Shown: positions 10,621 through 20,573, counted from the stretch's first letter. The stretch: 64,000 bases of DNA from Nitrospirota bacterium (GCA_963845065.1 CAWJQQ010000009.1:64001-128000), one strand, 5' to 3'. The notes: generated by a model from the sequence alone, not told the origin. Numbers and translations: made by a program.

Positions 10621-11438
10621 AGAAGGTCTTCCTTTTAATATTTCTACTGTGCTTCTTTCCGGTAAGGTCTTTTTCACAGCCGCCAATTTGGATCGAGGCT
10701 ACAGGCGAGGCGCAGCTTGGCGAGTTGGACACTCAGAAAGAAGTAAAGGAGCTCGCAAAACGCGAAGCTCAACACAATGCAGTTGAACAGGCATGCGGAA
10801 CATTTATAAAGTCCCATACCCTGATTTCAAATTTTCAAATTGCCGACGATCTTATTTACGCGGCCGTTCGCGGAAAAGTCGAAAAACAGGAGATTCTCAG
10901 TGAAGGATGGGACGATAAGGACCGGAGCCTTTATCGTGTAAGAATAAAAGCGCTTATTTCGCCCATCTACCCTGAAACAGGAGACGGACTTTCAATAAAA
11001 GCCTCATTATCAAAAACCGTCCTCAATGAGGGAGAAGAAGTAAAAATATACTACCAGTCAAACAGGGATTGCTATGTTTATATATTCTCCGTTGCGGTTG
11101 ATGGCTCGGTAACGCTTCTCTTCCCCAACTCTGTAAATATTGACAACCGTGTTCTTTTGTCCAAAACCTATGAATTCCCCCCTCAGGGGAGCCCACTAAC
11201 ACTTCAGGCTTTCCTTCTTCCTGATTTCAAAGGGAAAACGGCAGAAGAAAAAATCAAGATAATTGCTACTGAAAAAAACGAGGCTCTAATTCCTCTGGGC
11301 TTTCGAGAAGGGATGTTCAAAGTTTATGATGCAAATTCTACAGGCATGATAAACGACCTTGTAAAGAAGCTTAATCAACTTGAACCTTCAGAGTGGACTG
11401 ATGCAACTCTGATATACCAGATTGCCAAGCAGAAATAA
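10617..11438 (+). CDS. Secreted protein with an LPP20/FlgT-N-like domain plus a DUF4384 domain
   Basis: Signal peptide; AKREAQHNAVEQ segment; DCYVYIFSVAVDGSVTLLFPN DUF4384 motif; GTGA overlap with the caspase gene. Confidence 0.75.
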   Translation: MKKVFLLIFLLCFFPVRSFSQPPIWIEATGEAQLGELDTQKEVKELAKREAQHNAVEQACGTFIKSHTLISNFQIADDLIYAAVRGKVEKQEILSEGWDDKDRSLYRVRIKALISPIYPETGDGLSIKASLSKTVLNEGEEVKIYYQSNRDCYVYIFSVAVDGSVTLLFPNSVNIDNRVLLSKTYEFPPQGSPLTLQAFLLPDFKGKTAEEKIKIIATEKNEALIPLGFREGMFKVYDANSTGMINDLVKKLNQLEPSEWTDATLIYQIAKQK

Positions 11439-11573
11439 TATGATCTGATGGCGAAACCTTAGAAATATTCGGTTATAGTGGCTTCTATTCTAAACATTAT
11501 ATCTCTCAACAGATGGTTCGATCTTATAGGGTTGCTGCCCTTCGACCACCATCTGCCAGTCTGCCAATAATTC

Positions 11574-11895
11574 ACTCGAGCGTGAAGATTTGTATCATCG
11601 TTTCAGGGATGGGGCGCTATCTGTGCTGGTGGTATCGTCGGTCGCCAATTTTGCCATCGACCTTCCGGATGCGTCGGTTGCCATTCAAGTATCGGGGAAA
11701 TTCGGTTCGCGCCAGGAACAGGCTCAGAGATTAGGCCGAATTCTGCGACCAAAATCGGACTCGCGGTGCGCGCGGTTTTATACTATCGTGACGAGAGACA
11801 CGGAAGAACAGGATTTTGCGCTCAAACGACAACTCTTTCTGACGGAGCAGGGGTATAATTATACAATCCTGAACGAGGATGAGATCGATGCTTAG
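11574..11895 (+). pseudogene. Duplicated 3' fragment of XPB helicase
   Basis: Almost identical to the last ~106 codons of 25306-26979 (two visible substitutions, EE>EQ and G>C). Confidence 0.92.
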
Positions 11896-12032
11896 AGCTG
11901 AACCTTCCCCGGCTTTCGGGTGTGAGAACGTTCAGAACCTGATCAACGGTGAAATGGCGGCGCACCAAGGCCCCTCAACGAACCAAGAAGCCTCGTCCGT
12001 GAGGTTGAGGCAGTGCACCGACACAAGTTATT

Positions 12033-12413
12033 TCATCCACCAGCAACGTTTTTCTTGATGTCAGTCATCGGATAATGTTTAACATTCCCCGTTGCAAGCA
12101 TAGTATGCTTTATGAATGCGGTTGCGGCAATGATGCAGTCGTCGAGCTCCAAACCCTGTGATCGTATGGTCCTTTTGTAGGTTCCTGCCTTCTCAGCAAT
12201 ATCCCTCGTCACATCTATGATTGTGAGGCTGTCGAGTAGTTCCGTCGTCTTTGTCCGCTCATGCTCCTTCATCCCTGCATGAATTTCTGCTATCGCTATG
12301 GCCGAACAGCACACATCCGCTTCGTCTAAGACTGACGCTAGATAATCGCGCGTCTTTTCGTGTCCCCTCAGGAAGTTGATCAACACATCAGTATCAAGAA
12401 GTATACTTTTCAT
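12033..12413 (-). CDS. vapC: VapC/PIN-domain toxin
   Basis: ILLDTDVLI, AEIHAG, DDCIIAATA and LATGNVKHYP PIN motifs. Confidence 0.9.
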   Translation of the reverse strand: MKSILLDTDVLINFLRGHEKTRDYLASVLDEADVCCSAIAIAEIHAGMKEHERTKTTELLDSLTIIDVTRDIAEKAGTYKRTIRSQGLELDDCIIAATAFIKHTMLATGNVKHYPMTDIKKNVAGG

Positions 12414-12670
12414 TTTGCGTGGCGTATCCTCGTACTTGCCCTTATTTTCCTGACAAAGGCTTCGGCACCTTTATTGAGTTCGGGATGGTCCTTACTCTTC
12501 CAAGCACCGAAGCTAGTTTCAAGTGCCTTTGTTAGTTTGATGCGTTTCAATTCTTTCCGAAGCGCCTCGGTCACCACTTTGCTTTGCTGCCGTATGGGAA
12601 CTGTCGTCTTAAGCTCGTTCAGCACGTCTTCAGGTAGAAGAAAATTAGCTTGTTTTGTTATCGTTGTCAT
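12410..12670 (-). CDS. Ribbon-helix-helix-like antitoxin
   Basis: 86 aa; ANFLLPEDV...QSKVVTEAL, FGAWK; ATGA overlap with vapC. Confidence 0.8.
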   Translation of the reverse strand: MTTITKQANFLLPEDVLNELKTTVPIRQQSKVVTEALRKELKRIKLTKALETSFGAWKSKDHPELNKGAEAFVRKIRASTRIRHAK

Positions 12671-12919
12671 ATCCTGTCCACACTTACAACTATTATATAT
12701 AGTTTATAGTATAGTGTTTATCCTATAATGTCAATACCAAGTGCAGATTGCGAAGATAAATGGACAGTTGTTTCGGAGATACGAGGGCAGGGGCTGAGGT
12801 GCTTATTCCAATTAGGCTCGGACGCCCATTCCGATCGAGTTACTCGCCTTACGGACGGGGTCTTACGGCGCGTAAAATAAATTTGCATCTCTCTCGGCTA
12901 TTTGTTTGCCCCTGAGCTT

Positions 12920-13348
12920 CTATTTACAGGCGAAGGGAGCTTTCCGGTCCTTTGATGCGAATCGCGAATAGTGGGGAGATGTGAAAATGTCCATCAACAT
13001 ATGCCTGCTGACCACACCCACGTATTTGTTGTCCTTTACGACCACAATCACAGAACAACAGCTCTTCAGTAGCAAATTGATGAGCTCGTTCGTTGGTGTT
13101 GCTACATCAGCTATGATCGGAGCCGTCACCATGATCGCTGATGAATTGATCTCCTCCAAGTTTTTCTCTTCCCTGATCACATCCAGTATGGCATTCTCTG
13201 CTACCACACCCAGGATCTCCCGGTTGTCATCCACTACCGGTATTGCAGCAAGACCGGATGAGATGATCTTCATCGCGACTTCCTGCGCTGTTGTGGTGGG
13301 TGCGACGCTGATCTTCTCTCGCATGACATGCCAAGCATTTATCCCCAT
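12920..13348 (-). CDS. CBS domain pair protein
   Basis: AIPVVDDNREILGVV and VVVKDNKYVGVVS CBS motifs. Confidence 0.85.
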   Translation of the reverse strand: MGINAWHVMREKISVAPTTTAQEVAMKIISSGLAAIPVVDDNREILGVVAENAILDVIREEKNLEEINSSAIMVTAPIIADVATPTNELINLLLKSCCSVIVVVKDNKYVGVVSRHMLMDIFTSPHYSRFASKDRKAPFACK

Positions 13349-13469
13349 TATAGGTTCCTCTCTTTCTTATTTTCGGATATCTTTTTAATATAATGTCGTT
13401 ATCTATTATCCAAATTAAATGATACGATTGCAAACGCCGATCCTTCGATTGAATCTCCTCTTTAGTGAG

Positions 13470-14378
13470 TTATACCTTTCCTCCGGCGGCCTTGGTCAAG
13501 GCCTTGCGGATAGCCTCGGGACTCTTCATGATATGCATGAAACTGTTGTCGCCCATCATTGATAGGTCCGGGAAACTGATGGCAATACGGAACCGTGCAT
13601 AGAGGGCGTAAACTTTGCCACCGGAAACCAGAATCTCGTAAGGCAAGTGCGCAGTAGACCGGATTTCCTTGAAATCGATTTCGTTCATGATGAATCGGTC
13701 GTCCATGTACCTGTCCGCGTCCGTCGCGCCCTTCAAGGCCACGCCGAAAACGGTTTCCTTCCTTTCGGGAATGTCGATCCGGTATACTTTGGTAACGCCA
13801 CCCCTCCCGGCAGCTAGTCCCGCTTCGACAGCAGCCGCTGCTTCTTCGAAACCGCTATATTCCGCCAGTACGCTGGGTTCATCGAAGTATTCCATGCCGA
13901 GCATATAGTGGTAGGCTCGAAGCTTTTTGGCCGTCAGACCCTTTGCGCCGAATTCTTCCTTGTTGCCCAGCGCAACTCCGAGCTTGGCAGCCACACCGGC
14001 AAGGTCGCCCTGCATGCGGTACGCATTTGCCATATAGACGGGGTTGGTGTATGCCACCTGGACTTCGTCTTTGACCTGGGTGACCGATACGCGAACCGCT
14101 GCTCCAAAGCCGCCGTGTTCGGATTTCGCCGCATTGCTCTTCAGCTCGTCATCGGTCGCAACGATGATCGCTGCTTTTGGATAAGGAGTGTACTCTCCGG
14201 CTATCGTGAATCCCTGCGACGTGAGAGCAGACTTTACCTCAACAACTTTTTCCGGTACCGAACCGGGTCCTCGGGATCCAAGAACAAACGGCTTCAAAAG
14301 CGCTTCATCGGCGCCGGCCACTCCAAGGTAGCCCATGAATAAGAACGCTGCCAACAGCCCTGTCATCGTCGGTTTCAT
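13470..14378 (-). CDS. Periplasmic hypothetical protein (two similar alpha/beta halves)
   Basis: Signal peptide; KLRAYHYMLGMEYF, AHLPYEILV and FRIAISFPDL motifs; co-oriented with the FadL/YeeE genes. Confidence 0.75.
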   Translation of the reverse strand: MKPTMTGLLAAFLFMGYLGVAGADEALLKPFVLGSRGPGSVPEKVVEVKSALTSQGFTIAGEYTPYPKAAIIVATDDELKSNAAKSEHGGFGAAVRVSVTQVKDEVQVAYTNPVYMANAYRMQGDLAGVAAKLGVALGNKEEFGAKGLTAKKLRAYHYMLGMEYFDEPSVLAEYSGFEEAAAAVEAGLAAGRGGVTKVYRIDIPERKETVFGVALKGATDADRYMDDRFIMNEIDFKEIRSTAHLPYEILVSGGKVYALYARFRIAISFPDLSMMGDNSFMHIMKSPEAIRKALTKAAGGKV

Positions 14379-14562
14379 ATTTTTCACCTTTCCATAATGG
14401 GTTTATTGCACGTATCGCATTTCGACACGCTAAATACAAAAACGAAGCTTCATCAGCCAAACGAGGCAGGAAGCACCGTATAGGAGAAAAAAGCTGCCAG
14501 GGGTGATGAGTCCCCGGCCCTGGGGAGGAACGCCGTTCGTGAACGGCGCTGGATGATCGTAT

Positions 14563-15000
14563 TGAGAAATGATAGCTGGGCACAATCGGCGTATTGGCCC
14601 GATACTGCTTCACGGTCACACCTTTGCCGTTGACCGGTTTCACGTACTGCGCATAGGTGAACGAGGCCGTCAACTCTTGAAACCTTTGTGACCATATAGC
14701 CTGCGCTGTTCATGTAATGATCCTTAATGATTGCAGAAAGAAGAGGGATCATGTTCGCATCAGGAATCGGGTTGTTCGCAAGGTTTGCCCAGATGGCAGC
14801 AATTAATTCCTTGGTAATCAGATAAGCTGCATCGAGCATGGACACGTTCTGGCCCTTCCATTCCTGATCCAAGGTTGTTTCAACCTGGGACCCATCAAGT
14901 CCCTGCTGCGCTAAAAGGATTAGCCGCCGCTCCATTAGCCATTAAAGTCAATCTGAAATTTCTCATGGCGTTGTCCCAGCTACCAATCGGTCACTATAGC
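14563..15000 (-). pseudogene. Decayed C-terminal half of a second FadL/TodX-like outer membrane channel
   Basis: Across frameshifts it reads WDNAMRNFRLTL..., LDQEWKGQNV..., NLANNPIPD...AIIKDHY..GY...ASFTYA...SYHF, paralleling GWQDMTIY / TQPIPD / SYSWKY in the upstream FadL gene. Confidence 0.55.
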
Positions 15001-15034
15001 CTGGCTTCCCGCTTACGTAACGATCATGGTTCGA

Positions 15035-16306
15035 TCAGTACTTCCATGAGTAACTTGCCGCTATCTGCCACTGATCCATCTTCAGCTGGATGGTCTGCTG
15101 GCCAGGAACCTCTAATGGATTTGCGCCGTTGACGCTGGTCGGGAAAGCACGGGTGAGCGCAAAATTCAGATCCTGACTGCTGTTCACCGCTGTTGTGAAA
15201 CCAACGCTGGCCTGCTGTGTTATGACGCCGGGGGCCAATATATTAAAAAGCACTTCACTATCCGGTATGGGCTGCGTCCCTAGAGAGTAACCTGCCCGCC
15301 AGGTCCACTGGTCGCTGCTCTTCCACTGTACCCCTAACTTGTAGATCGTCATATCTTGCCAGCCGAAGCCGGGCCCATTACTATCACCCAGTTGACTGGT
15401 TTGTAGGTTAGGTAGCATCGGATTATTGATGGATTTGATTTCACTATAGTTGATGCGCTGAACATCAAATAAAATGGCTAGTGCAGGAGTGGCTTTATAT
15501 GCCAGACCGATGGTCCAATTCGAAGGGATATCGAAAGCACCCCCCTCGGCAAACAAGCCCGAGTACTTATTAAATTTACTCATGTATATCCTGCTCTGGT
15601 ACGAAACGCCCACATTCAGGCGCGGCACTATTTCGCCCTGGTATCCGATCTTTACACCATAGCCGTAGGAATTATCGTAGCCAGTATTGGTGAGGCTGGT
15701 AGGATCGTTGGAAAACCCACCGAATGCCTGAAGTCCTTTTGTTTGAAATTGCTGATACGCCAGGATCGGGGTAATACCTATCGCTTGCTGAGGAACCAGT
15801 TTTATTGCGTACGTGGGGGCGACAAATAACTGCTGGAGATTTACGCCTGTCGGCGAAGTACCACCGAACGTATCTGTCGGGTAATTTGTGTTCATCCCGC
15901 CGTTTCCGAATATCGACACGCCAACTGAACTATAGGAATTCAACACCCAGTTTGCACCCAATGATGGAATTATGAACCAATTAGTGTTGCTTTTGACCGT
16001 TCCCGGCGCCAAACCGAAGGTACCGGGAAAGCCGGAAGGATTACCAGTCACGCTATACTGCCTGTTCGGATTGAAGAAGGATAAGCCAAAATCATAGCGA
16101 TGACCGATGAATGCCATATTAGCTGGATTGACGGCCGCGTCAAGGGTATCCTGCGGCAAAGCAACGCCAGCACCGGCTAACGCCTGATCAATCACACCAT
16201 AGCTGTTGGAAAAGTAGCCGTTTGTTGCCGAAGCCGCTGTTGACATCAGTACAGCCGCGAACCCAAAAACGAACGCACACAACACATTACCAATACTTTT
16301 TTTCAT
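15035..16306 (-). CDS. FadL/TodX (OmpP1) family outer membrane transport protein
   Basis: Signal peptide; ATNGYF, AGAGVA, NPA and GNGGMNTNY motifs; aromatic C-terminus. Confidence 0.88.
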   Translation of the reverse strand: MKKSIGNVLCAFVFGFAAVLMSTAASATNGYFSNSYGVIDQALAGAGVALPQDTLDAAVNPANMAFIGHRYDFGLSFFNPNRQYSVTGNPSGFPGTFGLAPGTVKSNTNWFIIPSLGANWVLNSYSSVGVSIFGNGGMNTNYPTDTFGGTSPTGVNLQQLFVAPTYAIKLVPQQAIGITPILAYQQFQTKGLQAFGGFSNDPTSLTNTGYDNSYGYGVKIGYQGEIVPRLNVGVSYQSRIYMSKFNKYSGLFAEGGAFDIPSNWTIGLAYKATPALAILFDVQRINYSEIKSINNPMLPNLQTSQLGDSNGPGFGWQDMTIYKLGVQWKSSDQWTWRAGYSLGTQPIPDSEVLFNILAPGVITQQASVGFTTAVNSSQDLNFALTRAFPTSVNGANPLEVPGQQTIQLKMDQWQIAASYSWKY

Positions 16307-16626
16307 AACGTTCTCCTTTTGAATACTCAGAAATAATAATTTCATAGTGACGTTCGTGCGGAACAGCAAACGTAGAGCAGACCAGGGTTACAACTACTCT
16401 CCGTGCACCTGTTTTGCACATTTGAACAGGCGTTCTAGTATGGCCCTTATGAGCTGCGGTCCCTCGGTCCTCCTGACGTCCGGAATATCGCTTGTGTATG
16501 TGCACAGCTCTTTACTATTATAAGTATGTTCTTCTGACTTTCGGCATATCCTTTGCCTTTTTGCCGCTATGTTTCAGCCACGCTTTCTCCTTGGCGTGCC
16601 AAAAAAAGCTTAGTCACCATTTAAGG

Positions 16627-17232
16627 TTATAAAGACGGACGCAGCAACTTTTTGGTCGATGTTGACTTCATCCTATTTTCGTACCACTCCATTGTATAAA
16701 ACATTGAGCCTGCAAGAGCGAACACGATAGCAAGCACTACCCAGTGGTTAATGCCCAGCAAATCAGGAAGCGTTGGCTGTCCCATATCGGATGTTTTATA
16801 GAACCTCTCAATCCACGGGAAGAGCACAGAAAACAACAATGTCCCGCTTCCGATGCCGATCATTGCCACTAACGCATCCAGTCGACCTGAAGCAAGACCC
16901 GCCACCGCAGTTCCGGGGCAGTAACCACTCACGAGGTAGCCAAGACCGAAGAGCGCGCCACCAATCAGTTGGGGCCAGAAGAATGTAGGAATGATCCAGA
17001 CTTTGCTCATATCCAGAACCTTCAGGTCTGACAAAACGCAGAGTCCTGTCGCTGCAACAAGAATTGCGGTAAACATAGCTTTCGGCACGGCAAAGTCGGT
17101 CAAATAGAATATGCCCGTGAGTTTATGGGGGTTTCCCAAACCACCGCGTTCAAGAAAGAAACCAAAGAATACGCCTAGGACTAGGGCCACTATAAGGTTA
17201 ACGCTATCGCTAAAAAGAAAGGGTGCACTCAT
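16627..17232 (-). CDS. YeeE/YedE family sulfur-compound transporter (subunit 2)
   Basis: FGFFLERGG and GGALFGLG..SGYCPGT motifs; ATGA overlap with the upstream gene. Confidence 0.88.
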   Translation of the reverse strand: MSAPFLFSDSVNLIVALVLGVFFGFFLERGGLGNPHKLTGIFYLTDFAVPKAMFTAILVAATGLCVLSDLKVLDMSKVWIIPTFFWPQLIGGALFGLGYLVSGYCPGTAVAGLASGRLDALVAMIGIGSGTLLFSVLFPWIERFYKTSDMGQPTLPDLLGINHWVVLAIVFALAGSMFYTMEWYENRMKSTSTKKLLRPSL

Positions 17233-17735
17233 GACCATAACCTCCTGAACATTGCGGCGAACAGAAAGCCGCTCGAGAACATTGCTATAACGAAGACCCA
17301 ACCTGCTAGTGCAAATTGGGCGCTACCGGTGAGAGCAACACCGCTCGTGCATCCACGAGCGAGCCTGCTGGCAAAGCCAAGGACCACGCCGCCGGTGAAT
17401 GCCGTGATCACACGTATTCCAATCGACATGCGCGCGGCCCTATCGAACTGGAACTTGAAGCCGCTGCTCAAGAGTACGCCAAGGAGCGCGCCGAGGAAAA
17501 GTCCGCTCACCAAAATGACGGTCCAGTCTTTGAAAGGAGACAATTCCAGGTATTTCGACAGATAGGAAAGAGTTGTGGTGTATGCGGGGAGTATTTCTTT
17601 CATGCCGGCGCCTGCAACGACAGTAAATGCTCGTGATGCACCGAGGCCCTGCCCTGCAAGTACAAAAGAAGCCAGAAGGGATAACCCGAGTCCCACTCCG
17701 GCCAGATAAGGAGACCAGAAACTTATTTTTTTCAT
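17229..17735 (-). CDS. YeeE/YedE family sulfur-compound transporter (subunit 1)
   Basis: WSPYLAGVGLG, GLGAS and RLARGCTSG motifs; GGAGG RBS. Confidence 0.88.
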   Translation of the reverse strand: MKKISFWSPYLAGVGLGLSLLASFVLAGQGLGASRAFTVVAGAGMKEILPAYTTTLSYLSKYLELSPFKDWTVILVSGLFLGALLGVLLSSGFKFQFDRAARMSIGIRVITAFTGGVVLGFASRLARGCTSGVALTGSAQFALAGWVFVIAMFSSGFLFAAMFRRLWS

Positions 17736-17749
17736 AATTACCTCCCTGT

Positions 17750-18000
17750 TATTGAATTTGTTTCGCTGCTTGTTTCGAGCTTTGCATCAGGGCCTTCAGT
17801 GTTTCGATACAGAAGGGCTTCTCAAGATAGGCGAGAGCTCCCATCTTATAAACATATCGAATTACCCTTACATGATCGCGTTCATGGTCTCTTTTACAGT
17901 TCCTATGACCAAGGCATCGTACTTTTTCTGGATAAAATATACCTCAAGCCGCTGACGATCCTGCACCTTATCATCCATGACTAATATACGTGCGTCTTGC
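17750..18000 (-). pseudogene. Decayed response regulator receiver domain
   Basis: ARILVMDDK..., two stops and an internal loss, then GALAYLEKPF. Confidence 0.6.
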
Positions 18001-18096
18001 AAGGGAGTTTATTCCCCTGCGCAATGCACACAGTAGCTCATGCCAAAGGGCGGGGCGCAGTTCAATCCCACGCATATTGGGCAGCGCCAGATATTA

Positions 18097-18876
18097 TTAT
18101 TTTTTTGCAAAAGGCGGCGATGGAACATTTGCTCCGTGACATTCGGTACAATTTTGCTGAGCCGTGATCCCCACGTCCCTTGCGGGGGTCCAATCCGCTT
18201 TTGAGACATACTTACCGTCTTTCCAAGCATTCAGATCCTGGACGAGTTTGTAAGCAACACTTGCCGCGACGCGTGCGCACCGGTCTTTTCGTTCAGGGCT
18301 GGCAAGAGCATAGCCTGACTCCTTCATCCATTTCCCCACTGAAACATGACACAGGGGTGATTGGCTTATCGTCTGAATGATCTTTATTTTTTGTCTCGGC
18401 TCCTTGGGATTAAACACGGGTAGCGGTGACTCGGAATACCACTGAAGCATTTCCGATCCGATAAGCGCACCATTTTCGCAGGCCGGCCCGGCGATACGCG
18501 GGCCGATAATAGCATTACTGACGATATTTGCGCCCGCGTTGGAACCACAGATCGTCCCCCATCCTGCCGTGCCGCCTTCAAGAAAAACAAAGGCGTCAAT
18601 CGGAAATGACTTATAGGGTTCACCAACTTTTCCCCTAAGTTGTCCAAAAACACTGCTAATGACAGCAGCGCCGCAGAAAACCCGGTACCATTCATTGTAG
18701 GCGATCTCTGCGGTCTTTTCCGGGTCGAGTTTAACATAAGGCCACGGCCATTTTTCCGTGGCTCCGCCCATGGCGTCCGCTTTGGATGACAATCCACTGA
18801 TTCCAACAAAAGCAAGGCCCGTTCCGAAAGTCCCTACCATGGTCAAAAGTTCTCTTCGTGTCACTTGTCCATTCAT
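18097..18876 (-). CDS. Split-Soret cytochrome c-like protein (C_GCAxxG_C_C family), Tat-exported
   Basis: TRRELL Tat motif; GWGTICG, SPLCHVSVGKW, ERKDRC and C-terminal CTECH. Confidence 0.85.
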   Translation of the reverse strand: MNGQVTRRELLTMVGTFGTGLAFVGISGLSSKADAMGGATEKWPWPYVKLDPEKTAEIAYNEWYRVFCGAAVISSVFGQLRGKVGEPYKSFPIDAFVFLEGGTAGWGTICGSNAGANIVSNAIIGPRIAGPACENGALIGSEMLQWYSESPLPVFNPKEPRQKIKIIQTISQSPLCHVSVGKWMKESGYALASPERKDRCARVAASVAYKLVQDLNAWKDGKYVSKADWTPARDVGITAQQNCTECHGANVPSPPFAKK

Positions 18877-19267
18877 GTTTCTCTCCTTTCCAATATCAGA
18901 CTTGTCACGGCTAGATCTATCGCAGTTTATGCAACACCTTAGTGATCTCCTTGTCCTCCTTGTCAGTCCGGTTAACCTCTATAAGATTAAAAATTAGCAT
19001 GCCTTAACATATGACAAATTAATCAGGAATGAAGAAGCAAATAGTTACATTGTTGCTAAACATCTAAATTAATAGGTCAAAAAAAAAGCACTTTCCTCTT
19101 TCCTTTATGCGCCCCCCGACACATTAACGTATCATGTTGATCATGGTGGTCTGACATATGTTTCATGACCGAGTTGAAGTCAGCAAGAAAATAGGAGCGT
19201 ACAAAGCCGCTGTAAACTCGTGTTGAAGCACATCCAGTAAAAGCACAAAATCTATCTATATTTATAA

Positions 19268-19283
19268 AGCAAGGCGCATGCCA
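19268..19283 (-). promoter_or_regulatory. Sigma54 (-24/-12) promoter
   Basis: Minus strand TGGCATGCGCCTTGCT has exact GG-N10-GC spacing and points toward the split-Soret/YeeE/FadL genes. Confidence 0.65.
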
Positions 19284-19589
19284 ATCTTTAACATGCTGAA
19301 ATCATGGAAAACTGCGCCGAATTTTATTTTGCAAAATTGCGAAAGGTCTTCAATAATTCTCTAAAATGCAAGGAAACATTGTTTGATATCGTGTTTGGTT
19401 TGTATGATGTGGTGTGACGGCGGAAAGAAATTGATTGAGTTTTGCCAGCATAGCCGAACCCCCGGGAGAAGCGGTACTCTCTACATCGAAGTTTGGTGCG
19501 GTGCACGTTTGAGACGAGCCGTTGATTGTATCTTGGAGATTATGCAGTTTTCACGGTTAAAACACACACTTCATTCGCAAGGCGTAGGT

Positions 19590-19681
19590 ATTCCGGTCCA
19601 ATTCAGGCAGTCATTCCGCTGCAATCCAGGCAGCTGTTCAGCTCCAAATCAGGCGCCCATTCCGGTCCAATTCAGGCACTT
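19590..19681. repeat. Four tandem 23 bp imperfect repeats, resembling an orphan IS21-family end
   Basis: attccggtccaattcaggcagtc / attccgctgcaatccaggcagct / gttcagctccaaatcaggcgccc / attccggtccaattcaggcactt. Confidence 0.8.
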
Positions 19682-19892
19682 CTAACGCATGAAACAACGC
19701 TGGCATGATAATCCGACACATATATATAATGAAGAGACCCGCGACTCTTTCTATTACATATTTTGAAGGGATGTGTAGTGATTGCGCACATTCTGCTATA
19801 ATTGTACCCATATATTTAAATCTTCACCAGTCATACCTGTGACAATGGCCATGTAGTGCACACTAACGGACAAGAAAGAGAGGAGGTGTATA

Positions 19893-20177
19893 ATGGATAC
19901 CCAGGAACTTAAAAAGTACTTGGCAGGGTTCGGTATAGCCGGCCTGATTGCTGGTGCAGCTCTCGCGCTTGGGCCTACTACGGGCAAAGCCGAAAGCAGC
20001 TGCACGGGCAATAAGGGTGGTACAGGCGTTACCACAAAAGATACTTCAACACAAAGCAGTTGCAGCGGATCGAAAGCTGCTCCGACCGCAGCACCGGCCC
20101 CGACAGGCAGCTGTACCGGCTCAAAAGCAAAGCCGGCCACACCAACTCCATCGGGCAGCTGCAGCGGCAGCAAATAG
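19893..20177 (+). CDS. sbtA: SbtA family thio(seleno)oxazole RiPP precursor, all-Cys form (4 SC[T/S]G motifs)
   Basis: MDTQELKKYLAG.GIAGLIAGA leader typical of the family; SSCTG, SSCSG, GSCTG, GSCSG; upstream of an SbtM-like radical SAM gene. Confidence 0.88.
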   Translation: MDTQELKKYLAGFGIAGLIAGAALALGPTTGKAESSCTGNKGGTGVTTKDTSTQSSCSGSKAAPTAAPAPTGSCTGSKAKPATPTPSGSCSGSK

Positions 20178-20269
20178 TGCAGTTTGCACTATCAATGTTC
20201 CTGAAGCATGCCGGCGTGAGCCTCCGGCCATCAATGATTCATTCAGAACAAATAGGGAGATATGCAGTC

Positions 20270-20441
20270 CCGGGAGTGATGACTGGGTACAGTGATCATA
20301 CCCGGGACAACGTTTTTCAGAACCATGCACTCGTTGGCAAACAAGAAACTTATGACTCCTACCGGGCAAGTCGTGCTGTGCTGGGCGTCGCAACATGGGG
20401 CCGTCTCTCCGCATCGCATGCTGATGCAGTCGCAGAAAATT
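20270..20441 (+). pseudogene. Decayed duplicate of the sbtM 5' end
   Basis: YRASRAVLGVATWGRLSA matches YRACRAVLGVATWGRLSA of sbtM; it contains indels and is truncated. Confidence 0.85.
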
Positions 20442-20573
20442 GGCTTTTCAATTTATGCATGAATTCACGCATTTTGCTATAATTGTGCACATATATTTAA
20501 ATCTTCGTCACTCATAACTGTGACAATGGCCATGTAGTGCACACTAACGTACCAGAAAGAGGGGAGGTGAATA

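Larger units (their letters stand above)
11574..12841. repeat. Direct repeat copy 1 of 26658-27518 (XPB 3' end, vapC, antitoxin, promoter)
   Basis: Near-identical sequence at offset 15084 before, and 14677 after, a 407 bp deletion in copy 2. Confidence 0.95.

Noticed and set aside
11972..12010. cctcaac...gttgagg as an attC site
   Set aside because: At about 38 bp it is too short for attC; it is more likely a hairpin between convergent genes
19590..19681. Possible mini-CRISPR array
   Set aside because: The units are contiguous at 23 bp period with no unique spacers, and there are no cas genes
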